DNA of 64,000 nucleotides. Origin: Bacteroidales bacterium. GTDB lineage: Bacteria; Bacteroidota; Bacteroidia; Bacteroidales; UBA10428. The stretch covers positions 10,348 through 74,347 of the forward strand of contig JBGSSF010000002.1 in the NCBI GenBank assembly GCA_041737175.1, read 5' to 3'. Positions 19,380 to 28,036 of the stretch are shown one piece after another (positions within the stretch are counted from its first letter, which is position 1; every line of letters begins with the position of its first letter). The translations under genes were made by a program, and so were the position numbers. The notes under the pieces were generated by a model. The model had not been told where the DNA came from. It saw nothing but the letters and a program-made list of their open reading frames with translations, and did no database searches.

Positions 19380-19865
19380 TCACCGGAAATTCCGCGGCAC
19401 ATCCATGAGCCGGGTTTCGTTCACGTCGACTTTTTTGGTGATCAACCCGGAACGGGCTTTGACATAGCCCTGCATAACCACGTTCACCTGATTTTTCCTG
19501 GACAGGTTGTAGAGGGCGGAGGCGCTGGTAATGATATTGGCGAGTTCCAGGGAAAAGTTCATGGTATAGGTTGAATCGGACCGGCCGGGTATTTTCACCC
19601 GGTCGGGACTTGTCAGCGTACCGATGAAATTACCGTCGATCGTAGTTTTCAGATTGATCTCACTCACTTTAAATCCGACGGAAGCAGGATTTCTGACTCC
19701 GATATCCGCCGCGAAGGTAACGGCATTGTTTTCCATGCCCCGCATTTTAAATCCTTCCACTCCGGTGATCTCTATGTCGTTGAGGTCTTTGCAGGAGAGG
19801 AGGAGGGGGAGGAGTAATGATATAATTAAAAGTGACCGCATGGACAGGGGAAGATTTTTCATCAT
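19380..19865 (-). CDS. LEA type 2 / WHy-like lipoprotein
   Basis: Lipobox LLLSC, VRNP motif, beta-rich. Start uncertain (19841 or 19865). Confidence 0.7.
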   Translation of the reverse strand: MMKNLPLSMRSLLIISLLLPLLLSCKDLNDIEITGVEGFKMRGMENNAVTFAADIGVRNPASVGFKVSEINLKTTIDGNFIGTLTSPDRVKIPGRSDSTYTMNFSLELANIITSASALYNLSRKNQVNVVMQGYVKARSGLITKKVDVNETRLMDVPRNFR

Positions 19866-19887
19866 TATAAATGAGAACAAAACAGTC

Positions 19888-19969
19888 AATATCGAACAAG
19901 GAACACTGATTTTAGAATTACGAATTCTTTTCTTCGAGATTCATCATTCGGTGTTCCTTGTTCATCATT
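19888..19969. repeat. Degenerate two-armed 7-mer cassette (GAACAAGGAACAC...GTGTTCCTTGTTC)
   Basis: 7-nt periodicity AATATCG AACAAGG AACACTG ATTTTAG AATTACG with an inverted arm; flanked by the direct repeat TTCATCATTATAAA. Confidence 0.7.
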
Positions 19970-20011
19970 ATAAAACCTTTGTAAACTTGGTTAAAACGTA
20001 GATTCTCTAAA

Positions 20012-21073
20012 TTAAACTCCCTTTGCGACAAAGTCACCCACCTCGCTGGTTCCCATTCCCATTTTGCCGGCGGCAAGGCTTTTGATCTTGCCGGAGGCGA
20101 GGGAATTGCTGACGGCCTGGTCGATGGCTCTGCCGGCTTCGGATTCACCCAGAGTTTCGAGCATCATGCCACCGGCGCAAATGGCGGCCAGGGGATTGAT
20201 GATGTTTTTCCCGGTATATTTGGGCGCTGACCCGCCCATGGGTTCGAACATGGAGACGCCCTGGGGATTGATGTTACCCCCTGCGGCAATACCGAGGCCG
20301 CCCTGGATCATAGCTCCCAGGTCGGTAATGATATCGCCGAAAAGGTTCTCCGTGACGATCACATCATAGAACTCCGGCGATTTCACGAACCACATGTTGC
20401 AGGCGTCAACATGGTTGTAGTCCTGCCTGATATCGGGAAATTCCGCATCGCCTATTTCCTTGTGCGCGCGCACCCACAGATCGCCGGCGTAAGTGAGCAC
20501 ATTGCATTTGTGCACCAGGGTAAGCTGTTTTCTGCGGTTTCTCTGGCGGGTATATTCATAGGCATACCGGATGCAGCGGTCAACTACCGGGCGGGAGTAT
20601 ATCATTACCTGCGTGGCAACTTCATAGGGTGTGCCGACCTGAACGGCTCCTCCGACGCCGGTATAGATACCGCCGGAGTTCTCGCGGATAACCACAAAAT
20701 CGATGTCTTCGGGGCCCTTGTCCTTCAAAGGCGTTTCAACACCGGGGTAGAGTTTCACCGGGCGGAGGTTGATATACTGGTCAAGTGCAAACCGGCTCTT
20801 GAGTAAAATCCCCACTTCGAGTATACCGGGTTTGACGTCGGGGTGACCGATGGCGCCGAGAAAGATAGAATCGAATTTTTTGAATTCTTCCACGGCAGAA
20901 TCGGGCAGTGTTTCACCGGTCCGCAGGTACCTTTCGCCACCAAAGTCGAAGTACTGGTAGTTGAGTTTAAAACCGAACTTTGCGGCGGCCGTGTTCATTA
21001 CCTTAATCCCTTCCTGAACCACTTCGGGACCGGTGCCGTCACCGGGAATAACTGCTATGTTGTAGGATTTCAT
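20012..21073 (-). CDS. leuB: 3-isopropylmalate dehydrogenase
   Basis: IAVIPGDGTGPEV, NLRP, RENS, ENLFGDIITD, FEPMGGSAP. Likely start MKSYN at 21073. Confidence 0.92.
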   Translation of the reverse strand: MKSYNIAVIPGDGTGPEVVQEGIKVMNTAAAKFGFKLNYQYFDFGGERYLRTGETLPDSAVEEFKKFDSIFLGAIGHPDVKPGILEVGILLKSRFALDQYINLRPVKLYPGVETPLKDKGPEDIDFVVIRENSGGIYTGVGGAVQVGTPYEVATQVMIYSRPVVDRCIRYAYEYTRQRNRRKQLTLVHKCNVLTYAGDLWVRAHKEIGDAEFPDIRQDYNHVDACNMWFVKSPEFYDVIVTENLFGDIITDLGAMIQGGLGIAAGGNINPQGVSMFEPMGGSAPKYTGKNIINPLAAICAGGMMLETLGESEAGRAIDQAVSNSLASGKIKSLAAGKMGMGTSEVGDFVAKGV

Positions 21074-21130
21074 GTTGAAATAAATTAATATTTGGTAAAT
21101 ATAGTCATTTGAGTTTTTTGAACAAATCTG

Positions 21131-21239
21131 AGGGACAAGGGACAAGGGACAGGGGACAAGTGTGTTTGGGATTATGGGTTGTGAGCATGCCCTTACTCCC
21201 AAAGCCCTATACTCCCTTGTCCCTTGTCCCTTGTCCCTT
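21131..21239. repeat. Gene-less two-armed cassette (A/G)GGGACA x4 / core / CCCTTGT x3-4
   Basis: Inverted arms at 21131-21160 and 21214-21239, between cimA and leuB. Confidence 0.88.
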
Positions 21240-21241
21240 CT

Positions 21242-22762
21242 TCAAAGATTGCTATTTTCTTCAATCATGTTCAACATTTTCATCGTTGCCTTGACAGCGG
21301 CCACGGTCTGGTCGGAATCGAGGCCCCGTGTCTTGAATTCGCGTCCCAGGCGCCAGGTGATGACAGTTTGCACCAGGGCATCGGTTTTTCCACCCGGAGG
21401 GATGGAAACGGTATAATCCAGCAAGGCGGGAAGTGATTTTTGCAGCCGGCTGTATATTTTCCGCAGGGCTTTCATAAAAGCATCGTACTGTCCGTCGCCG
21501 TTTGAGGTTTCCTCGAATACCCCGTCCCCGATCTGGATTTTCAGGCTGGCAACGGGTTTCAGTTCATTGGCCGTGGACAGTGAGAAATTCAGGATGCGGA
21601 TGTGTTCATCGATCAATTTGCTCCGGAGCACGTCGGAAATGATATAGGGCAGGTCTTCCTGGGTAACCGATTCTTTCTTATCCCCCAGTTCGATGATGCG
21701 TTCGGTGACTTTGCGCATGGATGCGTAATCGAGTTCAATGCCCATGTCTTCGAGGTTCTTCCGGATATTGGCTTTGCCGGATGTCTTGCCCAGGGCGTAG
21801 AGTCTTTTACGGCCGAACCGTTCGGGGAGCAGGTCGTTGAAATAAAGCTGGTTTTTCTGGTCGCCGTCTGCATGAATTCCGCTGGTCTGTGTAAAGACAC
21901 TGTCGCCGATCACCGGTTTATTCGGCGGTACCCGGATACCCGAATAGGATTCCACCAGCTTGCTCACCAGTGTGACCTTGGATTCCTTAACGGACATGTG
22001 GTATTTGAAATGATCCTTGACGATGGCAACGACGCTGGAAAGGGGAACGTTTCCGGCTCTTTCGCCCAGTCCGTTCACCGTGGTATGGATGCATTTAATG
22101 CCTGCGCTGATGGCGGAATACACATTGCCGGCGGCCAGGTCATAATCGTTGTGCGAATGAAAGTCGAAGGACAGCCGGGGGTAGCGGTCGATCATAATTT
22201 TACAGAAATCATACGTTTCAACGGGATTCAGAATTCCCAGCGTATCGGGCAGCATAAAGCGGCTGATTGGAAGATCCTTCAGGGAATCCATCATGAAGAA
22301 AACATAATCCCGGGAATGGCGCATACCGTTGGACCAGTCCTCGAGGTATACATTGACCCACAGGCCATTTTCGACTGCCCTGCCCACCACCTGCCGAATA
22401 TCGGCGGCATGCTGTTCCGGTGTTTTTTTCAGCTGTTCGGTAACATGTTTCAGGGATCCTTTGGTAAGGAGGTTCAGCACCTTGCATCCGGCATCCCTGA
22501 TCCAGTTGATTGAAACGTCACCATCCACGAACCCCAGCACTTCCACCTGGTCGAGGTGATTGTGGCGGGCAGCCCAGGCCGATATTTTTTTAACGGCTGC
22601 GAATTCCCCTTCGGAAACCCTGGCTGAGGCCACCTCGATGCGGTCCACCTTCAGGTCATCGAGCAGCAGTTTGGCCATGCTGAGTTTTTCCTCGTCGGTG
22701 AACGAAACGCCGGAGGTTTGTTCGCCGTCGCGGAGGGTGGTGTCCATGATGGTTATTTTCAT
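21242..22762 (-). CDS. cimA: Citramalate synthase (alpha-IPM synthase family)
   Basis: [28 protein letters not shown]-terminal regulatory domain; position within the Bacteroidales leu operon. Confidence 0.8.
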   Translation of the reverse strand: MKITIMDTTLRDGEQTSGVSFTDEEKLSMAKLLLDDLKVDRIEVASARVSEGEFAAVKKISAWAARHNHLDQVEVLGFVDGDVSINWIRDAGCKVLNLLTKGSLKHVTEQLKKTPEQHAADIRQVVGRAVENGLWVNVYLEDWSNGMRHSRDYVFFMMDSLKDLPISRFMLPDTLGILNPVETYDFCKIMIDRYPRLSFDFHSHNDYDLAAGNVYSAISAGIKCIHTTVNGLGERAGNVPLSSVVAIVKDHFKYHMSVKESKVTLVSKLVESYSGIRVPPNKPVIGDSVFTQTSGIHADGDQKNQLYFNDLLPERFGRKRLYALGKTSGKANIRKNLEDMGIELDYASMRKVTERIIELGDKKESVTQEDLPYIISDVLRSKLIDEHIRILNFSLSTANELKPVASLKIQIGDGVFEETSNGDGQYDAFMKALRKIYSRLQKSLPALLDYTVSIPPGGKTDALVQTVITWRLGREFKTRGLDSDQTVAAVKATMKMLNMIEENSNL

Positions 22763-22780
22763 AATTGGGGAGGAATATTT

Positions 22781-22850
22781 GTAAACAGTAAACAGTAAAA
22801 GGTAAACGGTATTCGGTATTCGGTGTTCGGTGTTCAGTGTTCGGTGTTTG
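22781..22850. repeat. 7-mer array whose unit shifts in phase: GTAAACA -> GTATTCG -> GTGTTCG
   Basis: 10 units; contains the leuD stop and encodes the last LeuD residues. Confidence 0.88.
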
Positions 22851-23433
22851 CTTTTTCAAACTGCACAATCTTATCCTTGATACTCAATAAATAATCAATA
22901 TCATCGTAACCGTTCAGCAGGCAGGTTTTTTTATAGGTGTTGATGCCGAAGCTTTCTTTTTGTCCGGTTGACAGAATGGTAACCTCCTGTTTTTCAAGAC
23001 TTACCTCAAGTTCGGCATGCGGGTCTTCCTCAATGGCTTTGAAAATATCAGCCAGGAAGGACTCGGATACCTGAACGGGAAGCAGGCCGTTGTTCAGGGC
23101 GTTGTTCTTGAAAATGTCGGCAAAGAAACTGGATATCACCACCTTGAATCCGTAATCGAAAATCGCCCAGGCGGCATGTTCGCGGCTTGAACCACTGCCG
23201 AAATTTTTTCCGGCCACAAGGATCTTTCCGGACCACTGCGGGTTGTTGAGGGCAAAGTCGGGTTTGGGCAGGTTGTTTTTATCATAGCGCCAGTCGCGGA
23301 ACAGGTTCTCTCCAAAACCATCACGGGTGGTGGCTTTCAGAAACCTGGCGGGAATGATCTGGTCGGTGTCCACATTTTCGATGGGGAGTGGGACAGTGGT
23401 GGAGCGGAGGGGGGTAAATTTTTCGATGGACAT
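22834..23433 (-). CDS. leuD: 3-isopropylmalate dehydratase small subunit
   Basis: [32 protein letters not shown]. Confidence 0.96.
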   Translation of the reverse strand: MSIEKFTPLRSTTVPLPIENVDTDQIIPARFLKATTRDGFGENLFRDWRYDKNNLPKPDFALNNPQWSGKILVAGKNFGSGSSREHAAWAIFDYGFKVVISSFFADIFKNNALNNGLLPVQVSESFLADIFKAIEEDPHAELEVSLEKQEVTILSTGQKESFGINTYKKTCLLNGYDDIDYLLSIKDKIVQFEKANTEH

Positions 23434-23441
23434 GGTGGTGG

Positions 23442-23634
23442 ATGTTTGTTGTGTTTGTTGTGATTGTTGTGGTTGTTGTGATTGTTGTGATTGTTGTGGT
23501 TGTTGTGATTGTTGTGGTTGTTGTGATTGTTGTGGTTGTTGTGATTGTTGTGGTTGTTGTGGTTGTTGTGGTTGTTGTGGTTGTTGTGGTTGTTATGTCT
23601 GCAACGATTCACAACCATCACAACCACCACAACG
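23442..23634. repeat. 9-mer GTG(A/G)TTGTT x17 with a short inverted arm (CACAACCAT/CAC)
   Basis: 17 units at 23442-23594; inverted arm at 23610-23634; lies between leuC and leuD. Confidence 0.9.
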
Positions 23635-23637
23635 TAT

Positions 23638-25035
23638 TCATAAATACTCCCGCGGATCGGTGATCCGCCCCGTTATTGCCGCAGCAGCAGCGGTAAGCGG
23701 GCTGGCCAGGAGTGTGCGGGCTCCCGGGCCCTGCCGGCCTTCGAAATTGCGGTTAGAGGTGGATACGGCATATTTTCCTTCGGGAATCTTGTCTTCGTTC
23801 ATGGCCAGGCAGGCGGAACAACCGGGCTGCCGGAGTTCGAATCCCGCTTCGGCGAGAATTTTATCGATACCCTCGGACCGGGCCTGTTTTTCAACCTGCT
23901 TGGAGCCCGGCACGATCCAGGCTGTCACCCGGGAGTCCTTTTTCTTTCCTTTCACGAAGCCGGCAAATTCTCGGAGATCTTCAATACGGCCGTTGGTGCA
24001 GCTTCCCACAAAGACATAATCCACCGGCTTGCCCAGCATGGCGGTGTCGTTTTCGTAACCCATGTACTGCAAGGCTTTTTCGAAGGTGAGCCGGTTCTTG
24101 TCGGGGATATCCCCGAGGGCAGGGATGCGTCCGGTTATGCCCACTCCCATGCCCGGATTGGTGCCATAGGTGATCATGGGCTCAATATCGCCGGCGTTGT
24201 AGTTCAGTTCGAGGTCGAAAACCGCATCGGGATCGGAGTGCAATGTTTTCCAGTAAGTGAGCTTTTTATCCCATTCATCGCCCTGCGGCGCAAATTCCCT
24301 TCCTTTCACATAGGTGAAGGTGGTTTCGTCAGGCGCGATAAGACCGCCGCGGGCGCCCATTTCGATGCTCATGTTGCAGATTGTCATGCGGCCTTCCATG
24401 CTGAGGCTGCGGATGGCGGAACCGGAATATTCGATGAAGTAGCCGGTGCCACCGCTGGCCGATATCCGGGAGATGATGAAAAGAATGATGTCCTTGGCGG
24501 TAACGCCTTTGCCCAGTTGTCCGTTGATGCTGATGCGCATTTTCCTGGGCTTGGGCTGCAAAATGCACTGCGTGGCCAGCACCATTTCCACCTCGCTTGT
24601 GCCAATGCCGAAGGCGACACATCCGAAAGCGCCGTGCGTGGAAGTATGGCTGTCGCCACAAACAATGGTCATTCCAGGCTGTGTGAACCCCAGTTCAGGT
24701 CCTATGACATGTACGATGCCCTGGAAGGGGGTATTCAGACCGTAAAGCCGGATATTGTGTCTGCGTGTGTTTTCCGTGAGCTTGTCGACCTGCGTGCGCG
24801 ATAGGATGTCATGAATGGTCATGTGCTGGTTGGTGGTCGGCACGTTGTGGTCGGGTGTAGCCACTGTTTTTTCCGGGCGGAACACCGTCAGTCCGCGTTT
24901 GTCGAGACCGGCGAAGGCCTGCGGACTGGTTACCTCGTGTATCAGATGCCTGTCGATGTATAAAACACTGGGACCGTCCTTGATCTCAGTGACCACGTGA
25001 GCATCCCAAATCTTGTCGAATAATGTCTTTCCCAA
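23638..25035 (-). CDS. leuC: 3-isopropylmalate dehydratase large subunit
   Basis: [48 protein letters not shown] start. Confidence 0.97.
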   Translation of the reverse strand: MGKTLFDKIWDAHVVTEIKDGPSVLYIDRHLIHEVTSPQAFAGLDKRGLTVFRPEKTVATPDHNVPTTNQHMTIHDILSRTQVDKLTENTRRHNIRLYGLNTPFQGIVHVIGPELGFTQPGMTIVCGDSHTSTHGAFGCVAFGIGTSEVEMVLATQCILQPKPRKMRISINGQLGKGVTAKDIILFIISRISASGGTGYFIEYSGSAIRSLSMEGRMTICNMSIEMGARGGLIAPDETTFTYVKGREFAPQGDEWDKKLTYWKTLHSDPDAVFDLELNYNAGDIEPMITYGTNPGMGVGITGRIPALGDIPDKNRLTFEKALQYMGYENDTAMLGKPVDYVFVGSCTNGRIEDLREFAGFVKGKKKDSRVTAWIVPGSKQVEKQARSEGIDKILAEAGFELRQPGCSACLAMNEDKIPEGKYAVSTSNRNFEGRQGPGARTLLASPLTAAAAAITGRITDPREYL

Positions 25036-25111
25036 AGCAGGTTGATTTTAATTGTATAACTTCAAAATAATATATAAACCATAAATACGGCCAAGTGTTC
25101 GCCAACCGGCA

Positions 25112-26608
25112 TCAGACAATTTTGTTGATGGCGTTGACAAAGGCTTCCACCGAAGCGGTAAGGATATCGGTATTTCCGGCAAATCCGTAATAGAACTTAC
25201 CACGGTTTTCGATCTGGATGTGCACCTTCCCGACGTCATCGCTGCCCCGGGTGATCGCCTGAACCAGGAATTCCTCGAGCCTGATGTTGTGCCTTACAAT
25301 GGAGCGGACGGCTTTGAATGCTGCATCAATCGGACCGTTACCGGATTCCGTGGCGGTGAATTTCTCACCATTGATGTTCAGGGTGACAGCAGCCATGGGG
25401 ATGGATGATTTTCCGGCAATGATCTGCAGGTGCTCAAGCCTGATGGCTTTACCGCCAAAGGCTTCCTCGTTGCCAACCAGCATTTCAAGGTCTTCATCCT
25501 TCACTTCTTTTTTCCGGTCGGCCACTTCGAGAAATTTCTCATATACACGCTCCAGTTCCTCTCCTTCAATCCTGTAGCCCAGGTTCTGAAGGCGGTGCTT
25601 CAGCGCTGCCCTGCCGCTGCGGGCGGTGAGGGCAATGATGGATTCGCTGATGCCCACGGCCACCGGATCAATGATTTCGTAGTTCTCCCGGTTTTTTAAC
25701 ACGCCATCCTGGTGGATGCCGGATGAATGGGCGAAGGCATTACGGCCAACAATGGCTTTGTTGGGCTGTACAGGCATGTTCATCAGGGAAGATACCATGC
25801 GGCTTGTTTTGTAAATATTTTCCGTGGCAATGGCAGTTTCAATGTCGAGATGCTTGCGGCTTTTCATGATCATCACCACTTCTTCGAGTGAAGTATTGCC
25901 GGCCCTTTCTCCTATGCCGTTGATGGTGACCTCGACCTGCCTGGCTCCGTTGATCACACCCGAGACCGTGTTTGCCGTTGCCATACCCAGGTCGTTATGG
26001 CAATGGGTGGATATCACGGCTTTGTGAATGCCCTTCACATTTTCAACGAGGTATTTGATTTTCTGACCGAATTCCTCGGGGAGGCAATACCCGGTAGTAT
26101 CCGGAATATTCACCACCGTGGCTCCGGCCTTGATAACCGCTTCAATTACGCGGGCCAGGTATTCGTTGTCGCTGCGTCCCGCATCCTCGGCATAGAACTC
26201 AACGTCCTCCACGTATTTCTTGGCGTATTTCACTGCAGCCACAGCTCTTTCCACGATCTCGTCGGGAGTGGCGTTGAATTTATATTTGATGTGGTAAGGC
26301 GAGGTGCCAATGCCCGTGTGAATGCGTTTCCGCTTTGCATATTTCAGCGCATCCGCGGCAACGTCGATGTCTTTTTCAACGGCACGCGTGAGGGCGCAGA
26401 TGACCGGTTCCTTCAAAACCTTGGAAATTTCTTCGACCGAGTGAAAGTCCCCGGGGCTTGATATGGGAAATCCGGCTTCGAGGATATCCACACCTAGTGC
26501 TTCGAGTGCCCTGGCTACTTCAATTTTTTCCACTGTGTTCAGCTGGCAGCCCGGGACCTGTTCTCCGTCCCGGAGCGTCGTGTCGAAGATGTACAACCTG
26601 TTGCTCAT
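25112..26608 (-). CDS. leuA: 2-isopropylmalate synthase
   Basis: [32 protein letters not shown]. Confidence 0.95.
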   Translation of the reverse strand: MSNRLYIFDTTLRDGEQVPGCQLNTVEKIEVARALEALGVDILEAGFPISSPGDFHSVEEISKVLKEPVICALTRAVEKDIDVAADALKYAKRKRIHTGIGTSPYHIKYKFNATPDEIVERAVAAVKYAKKYVEDVEFYAEDAGRSDNEYLARVIEAVIKAGATVVNIPDTTGYCLPEEFGQKIKYLVENVKGIHKAVISTHCHNDLGMATANTVSGVINGARQVEVTINGIGERAGNTSLEEVVMIMKSRKHLDIETAIATENIYKTSRMVSSLMNMPVQPNKAIVGRNAFAHSSGIHQDGVLKNRENYEIIDPVAVGISESIIALTARSGRAALKHRLQNLGYRIEGEELERVYEKFLEVADRKKEVKDEDLEMLVGNEEAFGGKAIRLEHLQIIAGKSSIPMAAVTLNINGEKFTATESGNGPIDAAFKAVRSIVRHNIRLEEFLVQAITRGSDDVGKVHIQIENRGKFYYGFAGNTDILTASVEAFVNAINKIV

Positions 26609-26633
26609 GGTGTTATGGTTTTAGTAATTAATC

Positions 26634-26665
26634 AAAAGAGCCATTCCCGGTTGAGAATGGCTCTT
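26634..26665 (-). terminator. Attenuator terminator hairpin upstream of leuA
   Basis: Minus strand reads AAGAGCCATTCTC-AACC-GGGAATGGCTCTTTT. Confidence 0.85.
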
Positions 26666-26696
26666 ATTTATTATCCTTGTTTCAGGTATACCATTC

Positions 26697-26759
26697 TCAT
26701 GACGGTTTATGAAGGAGACCGAGCAAAATAATACCAAGAATGATAACCCTGTTTTCCAT
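26697..26759 (-). CDS. Leu/Ile-rich leader peptide MENRVIILGIILLGLLHKPS
   Basis: 20 aa with 5 Leu, 4 Ile, 1 Val. The stop overlaps the antiterminator strand TGAGAATGG. Confidence 0.85.
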   Translation of the reverse strand: MENRVIILGIILLGLLHKPS

Positions 26760-26778
26760 TTTTCAGTTATTCAGGGGG

Positions 26779-26786
26779 CAAATATA
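26779..26786 (-). promoter_or_regulatory. Putative -7 promoter element (TATATTTG) of the leu operon leader
   Basis: TAnnTTTG on the minus strand, about 20 nt before the leader ATG. Confidence 0.6.
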
Positions 26787-26824
26787 ATGATAAAAATCAT
26801 ATTTCAAAATATAAATGAAAAAAA

Positions 26825-26932
26825 AGGCTGTAGGCTGTAGGCTATAGGCTATAGGCTATAGGAAGAACACTCCCAAATCACATGCCCATAGGCTTTCAGC
26901 CTACAGCCTACAGCCTAAACCCCTACAGCCTA
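26825..26932. repeat. Gene-less two-armed cassette AGGCT(G/A)T x5 / spacer / CAGCCTA x4-5
   Basis: Inverted 7-mer arms; the yebC stop codon lies in the right arm. Confidence 0.88.
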
Positions 26933-27670
26933 TTCCAACGCCTTCATCAGCTCCTCCGTCATTTCGAGGTTGTGGTAAACGTACTGCACGTCATCCACAT
27001 CTTCGAATTCCTCGATAATCCGGAGCACTTTCTGGGATGATTCGAGATCGAGAACCTTGGTATCGTTGGGGATGCGCTGCAGCTGCGCATTTTCTATTTT
27101 AACCCCCATTTCATCGAGTTTCTTCTGCACCTTTCCAAAATCTTCCACGGCGGTGGTGATTTCAAACACATCATCATTCAGGTCAATATCCTCAATACCT
27201 GCGTCGATCATCTCGAGCTCAAAGGATTCCGGATCGAGTTTTCCTTTGGGTACGGTGAAAACGCCCTTGTGGTCGAAAATAAAAGCCAGGGAACCATTGG
27301 TGCCCAGGTTGCCACCGCGTTTGTTGAATATGGCGCGGATATTGGATACCGAACGGGTATTATTATCGGTGAGGCATTCAATGAATATGGCAATTCCACC
27401 GGGCGCATAACCCTCAAAAGTGACCTCCTGCAGGTTGGCACTTTCATTGCTCGCCTTGTTGATGGCCCGGTCGACGTTCTCCTTGGGCATGTTGGCACCT
27501 TTGGCGTTCTGTATGGCCAGGCGGAGGCGGGGATTGCCTTCGGGGGAGGCACCGCCTTCCTTGACTGCCATTTGTATTTCCTTGACAATGCGCGAAAAGA
27601 TTTTTCCTCTTTTGGCGTCGAGTGCGCCTTTTTTACGCTTGATGGTGGACCATTTACTATGACCTGACAT
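26930..27670 (-). CDS. YebC/PmpR family protein
   Basis: MSGHSKWSTIKRKK, NPRLR, EGYAPGG, TDN..R, DDVQ.VYHN. Confidence 0.96.
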   Translation of the reverse strand: MSGHSKWSTIKRKKGALDAKRGKIFSRIVKEIQMAVKEGGASPEGNPRLRLAIQNAKGANMPKENVDRAINKASNESANLQEVTFEGYAPGGIAIFIECLTDNNTRSVSNIRAIFNKRGGNLGTNGSLAFIFDHKGVFTVPKGKLDPESFELEMIDAGIEDIDLNDDVFEITTAVEDFGKVQKKLDEMGVKIENAQLQRIPNDTKVLDLESSQKVLRIIEEFEDVDDVQYVYHNLEMTEELMKALE

Positions 27671-27786
27671 AGGGTAGTTTTTGGGTTTTTATGAGTTAAG
27701 ACATGCAAAAATAATAAATTGGAGGAACTACTGATATTCCGGTGGGGTAAAATCATATTGAAATGTCATATGTTAGGAAAGCAACC

Positions 27787-27969
27787 CTTCGACTCCGCTC
27801 AGGGTGACACGCGTGTGCAGTCGTGCAGTCGTGCAGTCGTGCAGTCATGCAGTCATGCAGTCGTGCAGTCGTGCAATCGTGCAGTCATGCAGTCGTGCAG
27901 TCATGCAGTCATGCAGTCATGCAGTCATGCAGTCGTGCAGTCGTGCAGTCATGCTGAGCGGAGTCGAAG
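27787..27969. repeat. REP-like hairpin family A enclosing 8-mer GCAGTC(G/A)T x17
   Basis: Arms CTTCGACTCCGCTCAGGGTGAC / GTCATGCTGAGCGGAGTCGAAG; 17 units at 27817-27952. Confidence 0.92.
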
Positions 27970-28036
27970 CATATTTAAAAATTCACTAACTTTTAGGTCG
28001 TTTACGTGTTTATTACTTCTATCAAAACCAATCACC

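Noticed and set aside
23327-24019. Cys-rich, His/Asn-rich and Val-rich ORFs (metallothionein-like or attenuator-like)
   Set aside because: These are translations of the 9-mer array in different frames, overlapping leuD/leuC.
27719-28036. N-terminal extension of the 912-aa ORF (likewise 21074-21202, 47934-48029, 49084-49350)
   Set aside because: The extensions run through repeats or overlap another gene; better starts with signal peptides or family N-termini lie downstream.
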